Shown one piece after another: positions 55,687 through 64,000 of a stretch of DNA of 64,000 nucleotides. Both the position numbers and the translations under genes were made by a program. The stretch lies in the NCBI GenBank assembly GCA_964291395.2, contig OZ219856.1:1-64000 (forward strand), read 5' to 3'. Source of the DNA: Alphaproteobacteria bacterium (GTDB lineage: Bacteria > Pseudomonadota > Alphaproteobacteria > UBA2966). Position 1 is the stretch's first letter. The number at the start of each line of letters is the position of its first letter. The notes under the pieces were generated by a model. It had not been told where the DNA came from, did not search any database, and worked only from the letters and a program-made list of their open reading frames with translations.

Positions 55687-57141
55687 TTACGCCGGCGCGA
55701 AAGTGAATGGCGTGGTGCGGCGCACGTTTTCGTCGATTTTCAGGCGGTAGTTGAGTGGTGGGTGCGCCCGCTGCCGACAGTCGAGGCGCTCGCAGACACG
55801 GCATGCCACGCCGATCGGGGTCGCCGCCCGTTCATTTCCGAGGTCGAGGCCGTCGGCGTAGACGAGCTGTCCGGCGTCTCGGATGTCGCACCCCAAGCCG
55901 ATGGCGTATTGCGGCGGCTGTTCCCATGTCCGGGATTCGATCGGGTCGACGGTTCGGGCAATCGTGAAGAACCGCGAGCCGTCGGGCATGGCGGCTACCT
56001 GGGTTCGAATCTGTCCCGGCATGCGAAAGGCGTCATGCACGATCCAGCGCGGACAGGTGCCGCCGAACCGGGCGAAGTGAAATCCGCCCCCGCTGAGGCG
56101 TTTGGAAACGTTGCCGGCGTTGTCGACCCGGATGAAGAAAAAGGGGACTCCCCGCGCACCGTGGCGGTCGAGGGTGGTCAAGCGGTGGCAGATCTGCTCG
56201 AAGCTGGCGCCGAAACGGCGTTGCAGGATCTCGATGTCGTAACGCAAGGTCTTGGCCGCGTCGAGGAACCGCCCATAGGGCATGATGACGCAGCCCGCGA
56301 GGTAGTTGGCGAGCGACAGGCGGCAGAGGCGCTCCGCCTCCGGACTTGAGAGCTCCGCCCGTTCCACGTGGCGGTCGAGCAGGTCGCGGCGCGTGTTGAG
56401 GGCGATCTGAACGGCGAGTTGGAAGCTTCGCGCCGCCGGCGAGAGCAATTCGGAGAGAAGCACGCGCCGGCGGTGGAGATCGTAGCGGCGCGTGGTTTCG
56501 GGCATCACGTCGACGGGGAGCACGCGCGCCTCGATGCCGTGAGCGTCACGCAGGTAATTGCCGAGACCGCGAAACACGTCCGTCGGATCCAGGTCGGCTT
56601 CGATCCACAGGTCTTCCGCGCTCGTTTCGATCTCGGGGAAGTGGTTCGACTCCGATTGCAGATGTTCGCGGACCTCCTCCACCGGAAATACCTGCCCGCC
56701 GATCCCATGCGGCGTGTCCCGGCTCGCCATCTGTTCGGCCAGGATCTGGGAATCTTCTCGCAGTTCCCGGTAGGACTTGTAGAGCGTAAGTACGGCCTCT
56801 GCCGCCGTCGGACCGGCTTCGGCGATGGCCCGGATGTCCGCATCCCGTGCCGGACGGTCTCCGAACAGCGGGTCGCCGAATACCTCCCGGAGTCCCGCGT
56901 AGAGCCGGGCATTGTCGTCTTCGGCGAATTCTTTGAGGTCGATGTCGAACGCTTGTCCGAGGCGAAACAGGAGTTGAACCGTCACCGGCCGCTGATTGTG
57001 TTCGATGAGGTTCAAGTAACTTGGCGAGATCTCGAGCTGTTCCGCCATCTCGCTCTGCTTGAGGGCGAGATCCTCGCGAAAGCGGCGGATTTTGTGTCCC
57101 AGCAGGACTTTTCGTTCCACGGACCGATCCGTCATCGACAT
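55687..57141 (-). CDS. ramB: ScfR-family regulator (XRE HTH + M78 + DUF2083), RamB-like, divergent from aceA
   Basis: ISPSYLNLIE.NQRP, ANY.AG...MPY, SFEQICHRLTTL, RVD.AGN, G.CP.W, C-terminal CRVCER.DC.QRA.P. Confidence 0.85.
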   Translation of the reverse strand: MSMTDRSVERKVLLGHKIRRFREDLALKQSEMAEQLEISPSYLNLIEHNQRPVTVQLLFRLGQAFDIDLKEFAEDDNARLYAGLREVFGDPLFGDRPARDADIRAIAEAGPTAAEAVLTLYKSYRELREDSQILAEQMASRDTPHGIGGQVFPVEEVREHLQSESNHFPEIETSAEDLWIEADLDPTDVFRGLGNYLRDAHGIEARVLPVDVMPETTRRYDLHRRRVLLSELLSPAARSFQLAVQIALNTRRDLLDRHVERAELSSPEAERLCRLSLANYLAGCVIMPYGRFLDAAKTLRYDIEILQRRFGASFEQICHRLTTLDRHGARGVPFFFIRVDNAGNVSKRLSGGGFHFARFGGTCPRWIVHDAFRMPGQIRTQVAAMPDGSRFFTIARTVDPIESRTWEQPPQYAIGLGCDIRDAGQLVYADGLDLGNERAATPIGVACRVCERLDCRQRAHPPLNYRLKIDENVRRTTPFTFAPA

Positions 57142-57165
57142 CGTCCACAGTCTACAATTATTTTC

Positions 57166-57204
57166 TAACTTTACAAATTCACAAAATTAAAATTTGCAAA
57201 GTTA
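57166..57204. promoter_or_regulatory. RamB/ScfR operator pair between ramB and aceA
   Basis: TAACTTTACAAATT-11nt-AATTTGCAAAGTTA (13/14 inverted); contains the TTTGCAAA core described for ScfR-family sites. Confidence 0.75.
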
Positions 57205-57314
57205 TCTCGATTACCCTTTTACATTCAGAGAGGTATAGACCGTTCCGATTTTTGTCAATTAAGTTGCGTCGAACACGACGCATCACAGTTTGAGCTTGAA
57301 GTGGGGAGGGACCG

Positions 57315-58607
57315 ATGCAGCGGGAGATGGAGCAGCGAAACGGGGCGCCGTCCGGCCGCTTTGCCGGCATTCGTCGGGACTACACGGTGGCCGATGTCGA
57401 GCGGCTTTCCGGCAGCATTCGCATCGAGCACACCCTCGCCCGCCGGGGTGCGGAGCGGCTTTGGCAGTTGCTGCAGCATGAGGAGCCCGTGCGGTCTCTT
57501 GGCGCCGTCACCGGCAATCAGGCCATGCAGATGGTGCGGGCCGGTCTCAAGTCCATTTACCTGTCCGGCTGGCAGGTCGCCGCGGACAACAATAAAGCGG
57601 GCTCGATGTATCCCGATCAGAGCCTCTATCCGAGCGACAGCGGACCCGAACTCGTTCGGCGCATCAACAATACCCTGCGTCGGGCTGACCAGATCCAGAT
57701 GCTGGACGGCGAGGGCGGCATCGACTGGTTCGTCCCCATCGTCGCCGACGCCGAAGCGGGGTTCGGAGGCGTCCTGAATGCGTTCGAGGTCACCAAGGCC
57801 TATATCGAAGCCGGTGCCGCGGGTATCCACATCGAAGACCAGCTCGCTTCCGAGAAGAAGTGCGGGCATATGGGGGGTAAGGTCCTCATTCCCACCCAGC
57901 AACACATCCGCAACCTCCAGGCGGCCCGCCTCGCGGCCGATGTCATGGGGGTACCCACGATCATCCTCGCGCGGACCGATGCGGAAAGCGCCAAGCTGAT
58001 CACCAGCGATGTCGACGAGCGGGATCGCGAGTTCCTCACGGGTGAGCGCACGCCGGAAGGTTTCTACCGGCTCAGGGAAGGTACGAGCTTCGAGCGCTGT
58101 GTCGCCCGCGGTCTGGCGTATGCCGAGTACGCCGACCTCCTCTGGATGGAGACGTCGACGCCCGATCTGGAGCAGGCGCGGCGCTTCGCGGAGGCCATAC
58201 ACGCGGAATTCCCGGGCAAGATGCTCTCCTATAACTGTTCGCCCTCCTTCAACTGGTCGGCCCACCTCGACGTTCCCACCATGGAACGGTTCCACCGCGA
58301 GCTTGGTGCCATGGGCTACAAGTATCAGTTCGTGACCCTCGCCGGATTCCACGTCCTCAACTACGGCATGTTCGAGCTCGCCGGGGCTTACCGGGACCGC
58401 GGCATGGCCGGGTATGCGGAGCTTCAGGGTGCCGAGTTCGACGCCGAGGCCAAGGGATACACCGCGACGCGTCACCAGCACGAGGTGGGCACCGGGTACT
58501 TCGATGCCGTTGCCGAGGCCATCGGCGGCGGTCGGTCTTCGACCACGGCCCTTGCCGACTCGACGGAGGCCGCCCAATTCGAAACGCCGGCCATTGCGGC
58601 CGAATAG
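57315..58607 (+). CDS. aceA: Isocitrate lyase
   Basis: [54 protein letters not shown]. Confidence 0.97.
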   Translation: MQREMEQRNGAPSGRFAGIRRDYTVADVERLSGSIRIEHTLARRGAERLWQLLQHEEPVRSLGAVTGNQAMQMVRAGLKSIYLSGWQVAADNNKAGSMYPDQSLYPSDSGPELVRRINNTLRRADQIQMLDGEGGIDWFVPIVADAEAGFGGVLNAFEVTKAYIEAGAAGIHIEDQLASEKKCGHMGGKVLIPTQQHIRNLQAARLAADVMGVPTIILARTDAESAKLITSDVDERDREFLTGERTPEGFYRLREGTSFERCVARGLAYAEYADLLWMETSTPDLEQARRFAEAIHAEFPGKMLSYNCSPSFNWSAHLDVPTMERFHRELGAMGYKYQFVTLAGFHVLNYGMFELAGAYRDRGMAGYAELQGAEFDAEAKGYTATRHQHEVGTGYFDAVAEAIGGGRSSTTALADSTEAAQFETPAIAAE

Positions 58608-58635
58608 CGCACATCAATCGGCGGGGGATCCTGTG

Positions 58636-58839
58636 ATGGATACGAGATTCTGGGTCGTTGGCGGCGAGTACACGGATACGAGCTTCAACGAGCTCGTGAG
58701 CGGCAGCGAGCGTGTGATGGGTCCCTATTCGGATCGTGACGCGGCGTTGGTTGCGTGGCGCCGGGTCGCCGAGGAGACCCGCGGCGATTGCTACGCCCGC
58801 TTCACGGTCGCCGAGGAGCCCGCCCGCCGGAGCATCTGA
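58636..58839 (+). CDS. Small DUF4170-like protein
   Basis: FWVVGGEYTDTSF...GPY...A...W; 67 aa, GGGGG RBS. Confidence 0.65.
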   Translation: MDTRFWVVGGEYTDTSFNELVSGSERVMGPYSDRDAALVAWRRVAEETRGDCYARFTVAEEPARRSI

Positions 58840-59134
58840 TCGGCGTCCGTAGGCGCTTACCCGATTTCATGCGCCAGGCTGACGACCGCGGCGGGAAACG
58901 GCCCGTGGAGGCTGAAAGTGTCGTGACGACGCCGGGCGTGGAGCGAGTCCCATGCCTGCCGCGACCGGGTGAACGCGCTCGACGTCCTGCGCGGCGCCGA
59001 CGGTAAATCCGGCCTCTTGAATCCGTATTGGACGTATCGGTTTCGGAGAGCTAGGACTCCGCCGAGTTCTCGAGGCTGAGGCAGGTCGCCGAGCGGAACT
59101 TCGCGATCCCCTCGGCGCTTGTACGGGCGCGTTC

Positions 59135-60715
59135 ATGACGGAAGTCGAACCCAGGATATTCGAAAGTCTGCCCGCGCTGATCGAGTTGCGGGCGACGGCG
59201 ACGCCGAATCGCCCCTTCCTGACCGCCCCGGATGACGACGCCGAGTTGACCTACGCCGAATTGCGCGAAGCGACCCGCGCTGTCGCCCGGTGCCTGCGCG
59301 ACCAGTGGGGCGTGAAGCCCGGCGACAACGTCGGCCTCGTGATGGCGAACGGCCTCGACTTCGTCGTCGTCTATTTCGGAGTCATGTCGCTGGGCGCCGT
59401 CGCCTGCCCGATCAACACGGCGTTGCGGGAAAGCGAGGTCGACTTCATCCTCGCCAATGCGGCGGTCGAGGTCGTCTGCGCCGACTCGGACTTCGTTGAG
59501 CTGGTGCGGCGCGACGGATGCCCCGCCAAACGCGTTTGCGACGATCCGAAGTCCCTGTGGGGTTCACGTGAACCTGCCGGCCGGGGCGGCACGTCCCTGC
59601 CGCACGTGGACGCCGACTCCGTCGCTCAGATCGTCCATACCTCGGGTTCTACCGGCCGTCCCAAGGGGGTCATGCTGAGCCACCGGAACATCCTGGCGGA
59701 TTGCTATTACATCGTTGATTGGATGGGATTCGGCCCCGAGGATCGTTCCCTCTGTATCCTGCCGCTCTATCACACCAACGCCGAAATGCACTCCGTGATC
59801 GCGGCCCTCGTCGCGGGGGCCAGCGTCGTTGTGCCGCGGCGGTTCAGCGCGTCCGCGTTCTGGACCCTCGCTGCGGAGACCGGAGCGACCTACTGCAGCG
59901 CCGCGCCCACCGTGCTTTACATCCTGCTCGAGGCGCATCGGGCGTCGGGCGCGTCGGCGCCTCCGGCCCATGGCCTTCGATTGTTCATCTGCGGCTCCAG
60001 TTCGCTGCCGGTGCCGTTGCTGGAGGAGTTCGAGCGCGCGTTCGGCACCGTCATCATCGAGGGTTACGGCCTAACCGAGACGGTCTGCCGCGTCACGTTC
60101 AACCCCGTGCCGCCGCAAGGGGTGTTTCGGCCCGGCCGGGAAGAGGGTTATCGCCGCTTCGGCTCCGTCGGTCGGGCGATCGGCGACGCGCGTATTGCCG
60201 TCGCGGACGATGACGGCCGTCCCCTCGCGCCTGAAGCGCGGGGCGAGGTCATTCTTCGGGGCAGCGCCATCACGCGGGGGTACTTCAACGACCCGGAGGC
60301 AACGGAGGCCGCCTTCCGGGATGGTTGGTTCCTGACCGGCGACATCGGCTACTTGGACGCCGACGGCTACCTCTACATCGTCGACCGGAAGAAGGACCTG
60401 ATCATTCGCGGCGGCCAGAACGTCTATCCGCGAGAGGTCGACGAGGTTCTGCTGCAGCACCCCGAAATCCGGGAGGCGGCCGTCGTCGGCGTCGGCGATG
60501 CCAAGTACGGCGAAGAGGTCGGGGCGTTCGTGGTGCCGGTCGAAGGGGCCACGCCGGCCGTGGAGGAGATCATCGACTTCTGCCGCCGTCGCTTGGCGGC
60601 GTACAAGTGTCCGAAGACGGTCCGGTTCGTCGAAACGATGCCCAAGGGTCCCACGGGTAAGCTGCTCCGCCGCCGTCTGGTGGAGATGTACCGGACGCTG
60701 CCGCCGACGTCGTGA
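59135..60715 (+). CDS. Acyl-CoA ligase (AMP-forming)
   Basis: HTSGSTGRPKG, EGYGLTE, TGDIG, DRKKDLIIRGG.NVYP.E, PKGPTGK. Confidence 0.92.
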   Translation: MTEVEPRIFESLPALIELRATATPNRPFLTAPDDDAELTYAELREATRAVARCLRDQWGVKPGDNVGLVMANGLDFVVVYFGVMSLGAVACPINTALRESEVDFILANAAVEVVCADSDFVELVRRDGCPAKRVCDDPKSLWGSREPAGRGGTSLPHVDADSVAQIVHTSGSTGRPKGVMLSHRNILADCYYIVDWMGFGPEDRSLCILPLYHTNAEMHSVIAALVAGASVVVPRRFSASAFWTLAAETGATYCSAAPTVLYILLEAHRASGASAPPAHGLRLFICGSSSLPVPLLEEFERAFGTVIIEGYGLTETVCRVTFNPVPPQGVFRPGREEGYRRFGSVGRAIGDARIAVADDDGRPLAPEARGEVILRGSAITRGYFNDPEATEAAFRDGWFLTGDIGYLDADGYLYIVDRKKDLIIRGGQNVYPREVDEVLLQHPEIREAAVVGVGDAKYGEEVGAFVVPVEGATPAVEEIIDFCRRRLAAYKCPKTVRFVETMPKGPTGKLLRRRLVEMYRTLPPTS

Positions 60716-60753
60716 GAGCGGCATCGGAATCCAATCGCGGGGGAACGGAAACC

Positions 60754-61740
60754 ATGATCACCAACATCGACCATCTCGGCCTGGCCATTCTTGACCGGCG
60801 GAAGGCCATCGACTTCTTCGAGAACGTTCTCGGCACGCCGGTCTACGGCATCGCTACGGATCCGACCAGCGGTCTGAAGAACGGTCTCATCCGTTTCGGG
60901 GAGGGGGATTTCGTCATTCAGCAGCCGCCGAGGCCTGGCGTCGATTCCGAGGCGGAGCCCGACTACGTCCCCCCGCGGGACCCGTCGCGACTGCGCCAGG
61001 TCGGGAAGGAAGGGAATCTGCACCTGGATACGGCCGTGTTCATCCGCTACCTGGAACGGTGGGGCGAGGGGGTCCATCACATCGGTGTGAAAGTGCCGGA
61101 TCTCAAGGCCGCTTGGCGCAGGTTGAAGGCTCAGGGCGTACCCCTGTTCGACGATCTGGCAGGCGGCGAGCGGCCCGGCATCCGAGGTAGCCAGCTCTTC
61201 TTCCCCGATCCCAAACATACCTTCGGCGTGCTCCTCCAGTTCACCGAGCGCAGCGAGTCCGACGGATTGGTCTGGAACGACGAGGAAGGCGGCTGGCTCG
61301 ATACGCTCGATGGCGGGGAGACGCCCGTGTCATCCTATTTCGATGGCATCGACCATGTGGGGATTCTTGTCGACGGCGTCGACGCGGCCACCGGCGTCTG
61401 CGAGAAGGTCATCGGAATGACCGTCCGGGAGCGCGGCGCGGAGAACGGATCGGGCCTGCCATGGTCGCGCGTCAAGATCGGCGACGCGGACCTCCAGTTC
61501 CGCGAAATCGTCCATGACTTCGGGGAAGGGCATCCGCTGACCCGATTCCGCCCCACCCGGGGCAAGGGCGTCCACGACGTCGTTCTGCGCTGCAAGGACC
61601 TCTGTGAAACGCGCGAGAGTCTGAAGGAGCGCGGTGCCGCCATCGTTGACAACGACGTCCGTCAAGATGACCGGGATCCCGCTTTCTTCCTCGACCCGGC
61701 CACGTCTCACGCGATCGTTTTCGGGTTCGTGGCGGCTTAG
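60754..61740 (+). CDS. Tandem VOC-fold protein (methylmalonyl-CoA epimerase-like)
   Basis: Two repeats IDHLGLA/IDHVGIL, GEGVHHIG/GKGVHDVV, F.DP..T.G. Confidence 0.8.
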   Translation: MITNIDHLGLAILDRRKAIDFFENVLGTPVYGIATDPTSGLKNGLIRFGEGDFVIQQPPRPGVDSEAEPDYVPPRDPSRLRQVGKEGNLHLDTAVFIRYLERWGEGVHHIGVKVPDLKAAWRRLKAQGVPLFDDLAGGERPGIRGSQLFFPDPKHTFGVLLQFTERSESDGLVWNDEEGGWLDTLDGGETPVSSYFDGIDHVGILVDGVDAATGVCEKVIGMTVRERGAENGSGLPWSRVKIGDADLQFREIVHDFGEGHPLTRFRPTRGKGVHDVVLRCKDLCETRESLKERGAAIVDNDVRQDDRDPAFFLDPATSHAIVFGFVAA

Positions 61741-61755
61741 GAGAAGGCGCAGGAG

Positions 61756-62700
61756 CTACATCGGCCGCACGGAGGCCTTGATCTGTGTGCGGTGCATGAC
61801 GCGGCGCATGGCCGAGTTGAAGGGACCGCGCCGGTGCATGACGCAGCGGTTGTCCCACATCACGTAGTCGCCCACGCGCCACTCGTGGTACCAGGCGTAC
61901 CGCTCCTCGGCGACGAATTGCCAGAGTTCGTCGAGAAGCGTGTCCGACTGGGCGCGCGACATACCTAGGACGAACGTCGCGCGCTTGTCGCCGTTCCAAT
62001 GGCGTCCAAGATACAGGGCTCTTCGGCGGGTCTCCGGATGCGTGCGTACGAGAGGGTGCACGGGTCCGGGTGCCGACTCGATGTGTTCGTATGCCTCCGC
62101 ATCGAAGCCATGTCGAACCTCACCCTGCAGAGCGTGGGCGGGATCGTGTTTCAGCCGCAGCGAGGCGATGCGGTTCCTCAGTGCCGCGGGCAGCGAGTCG
62201 AGCACCTTGTACATGTTGATGAAACCGGTGCTGCCGCTTCCGTCTTCTGGCACTTCCAGGGCGTGGAGCGTGCTGGCCTTCGGAGGCACCTCGGTATACG
62301 ACATGTCGGTGTGCCACGGCAGTAGGCGGTCATCGAGAAACCCGATCGGCTGTCCGTCCTCCAGCACGTTCGAAACGACGAAGATTTCCGGATGGGTGTC
62401 GTGGTCCGCCGCACGCGGCATGGGCGGGCTGTGGTCGAGGTCGCCAAAGCCGCGGCTGAACCGAATCAGGTCCGCATCGCTCAGCCGTTGGTCCCGCACG
62501 AGGATGACACAGTGTTCGAGCCAGGCACGGTGCACCGCGGCACGGGCTGCCGGGGTGAGTTCATTCCTCAGGTCGAGGCCGCGAATTTCGGCGCCGATGG
62601 CGTCCGTAACCGGAACCACGTCGACTCCCGCGTTCCGGTATATCTCCGTCGCGGTCGTCGACAGGTCGGGTTGCAAGGTATCGAGTTCGGTATTACTCAT
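61756..62700 (-). CDS. TauD/TfdA-family Fe(II)/2-oxoglutarate dioxygenase
   Basis: IGAEIRGLDL, WHTDMSY (HxD), HPLVRTHPET, WDNRCVMHRR. Confidence 0.9.
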   Translation of the reverse strand: MSNTELDTLQPDLSTTATEIYRNAGVDVVPVTDAIGAEIRGLDLRNELTPAARAAVHRAWLEHCVILVRDQRLSDADLIRFSRGFGDLDHSPPMPRAADHDTHPEIFVVSNVLEDGQPIGFLDDRLLPWHTDMSYTEVPPKASTLHALEVPEDGSGSTGFINMYKVLDSLPAALRNRIASLRLKHDPAHALQGEVRHGFDAEAYEHIESAPGPVHPLVRTHPETRRRALYLGRHWNGDKRATFVLGMSRAQSDTLLDELWQFVAEERYAWYHEWRVGDYVMWDNRCVMHRRGPFNSAMRRVMHRTQIKASVRPM

Positions 62701-62907
62701 GATCCGCCAAGGCTGGCCGGTGACGTGGGTCCGACCATACTCCCGGATTCCCGAGTGCCTCAAGCGATATCACGGGATGCCCGCCGTTTCCGCCTGGTCG
62801 CGGGTGGCCTCCGTGCTGTGGCCGCGGGCATATTCTGGAAGGGAAGGTTTTCGGCTGCGCCGGCGGCTGGTGAAGCTTCCTCGACCGACGACGACTGGGA
62901 ACGGGAC

Positions 62908-64000
62908 ATGAGCGACATCGCCTATCTTCCCGCGTTCGAACTCGCGCGCCGCGTGCGGGCCAGGGACGTGGGATGCCTCGAGCTCCTCGACCACTGCCTG
63001 GACAGGGTCGACCGCTACAACCCGGGCCTCAATGCCATCATCGAGCTCGATCCGGAGCGCGCCCGGGAACGTGCGCGCCGGGCCGACGAGGCGCTGGCGA
63101 GGGATGAGATCTGGGGACCGCTTCACGGCGTGCCCATGACGATCAAGGAAGCCTTCGGCGTCGCCGGCCTGCACATGACATGGGGCGATCCCAGCCTCGC
63201 GTCGCACGTCCCGGAGGAGAACGCCGTCGTGGTCGATCGTCTCCTCGACGCCGGCCTCATCCTGTTCGGCACGACCAACGTGCCGCTCTGGCTTATGGAT
63301 TGGCAGACTTTCAACGTCATGTACGGCACGACGAACAATCCCTGGGACCTCTCGCGCGCACCCGGAGGCTCGTCCGGCGGGTCGGCCGCCGCTCTCGCGG
63401 CAGGTCTCTCCGCCCTCGATGCAGGCAGCGACATCGGCTCCTCGATCCGCAATCCGGCGCACTATTGCGGCGTCTACGGACATAAGCCGACCTTCGGCAT
63501 CCTGCCCACCACCGGCCACGACTTTCCGGGCTATCCCAAGCCTCTCGACATCCTCGTGGTCGGGCCCATGGCGCGCAGTGCCGAGGATCTGGCGATCGCG
63601 CTCGACGTGATGGCCGGCGCCGACGGCCTCGATGCCAAGGCCTGGAAGCTCGAGCTGCCGGGGCCGCGCCACGCCAAATTGTCGGACTACCGCGTCGCCG
63701 TGCTGCTGGAGTCTCCGGTTTGCGCCGTCGACGGCGACGTCACCGACCGTATACAGGCGGTCGCCGATGCCTGTGCCAGGGCGGGCGCCCTGGTCTCCGA
63801 CTCGGCCCGTGCGGAGATCGACATGGCGGAGGCTCATGCCAACTACGTTCAACTCCTGAGGGGCGCCTCGGCGGGCATCCTGCCGCAATCCTTCATCGAC
63901 CACGCGGCGAAACGGGCCGTGGCCCTGTCGGCCGACGACGAGAGCTTCCGGGCCCGGGCGCTGCGTGCCGCGGTCCAGTCTCATCGGGACTGGTCCGTCG
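62908..64000 (+). CDS. Amidase-signature enzyme (runs off the window end)
   Basis: Read directly from sequence: MSDIAYLPAFELA, GPLHGVPMTIKE, TNNPWD, PGGSSGGSAA, GSDIGSSIRNPAHYCG. Confidence 0.9.
   Translation, partial: MSDIAYLPAFELARRVRARDVGCLELLDHCLDRVDRYNPGLNAIIELDPERARERARRADEALARDEIWGPLHGVPMTIKEAFGVAGLHMTWGDPSLASHVPEENAVVVDRLLDAGLILFGTTNVPLWLMDWQTFNVMYGTTNNPWDLSRAPGGSSGGSAAALAAGLSALDAGSDIGSSIRNPAHYCGVYGHKPTFGILPTTGHDFPGYPKPLDILVVGPMARSAEDLAIALDVMAGADGLDAKAWKLELPGPRHAKLSDYRVAVLLESPVCAVDGDVTDRIQAVADACARAGALVSDSARAEIDMAEAHANYVQLLRGASAGILPQSFIDHAAKRAVALSADDESFRARALRAAVQSHRDWSV

Overview
GC-rich alphaproteobacterial chromosome segment. Gene content and order (gltD-gltB-fzlA-queG; thrS-infC-rpmI-rplT-pheS-pheT; lepA; ramB-aceA) suggest Rhodospirillales-like; this is inference only. 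1-25.7 kb is mostly core, interrupted by an AAA+/DUF4143-type ATPase-nuclease gene with an extra C-terminal domain, lying antisense between infC and rpmI behind a perfect 17-bp inverted repeat. After tRNA-Ser(GGA) comes a ~9.7-kb accessory block bracketed by two outward-facing IS3-family right ends. It holds a dipeptidase/unknown/DUF3726 operon, a split TauT-type ABC transporter with an amidohydrolase, and IS256, IS21 and SRAP debris. Then follow a minimal sulfur-oxidation module (soxYZEF plus yeeE/soxT, no soxAXBCD in the window), a desaturase-like oxygenase, a second gltBD coupled to puuD, a hicA-hicB in-frame fusion and a SLOG/wHTH chimera. The right end is metabolic (ilvA, LLM oxidoreductase, deaminase, ramB-aceA, CoA ligase, VOC, TauD, amidase). 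Several frameshifts fall in short homopolymers and may be assembly errors. No CRISPR array, rRNA or intact integrase was seen. Family calls come from motif recognition by eye, not database searches.
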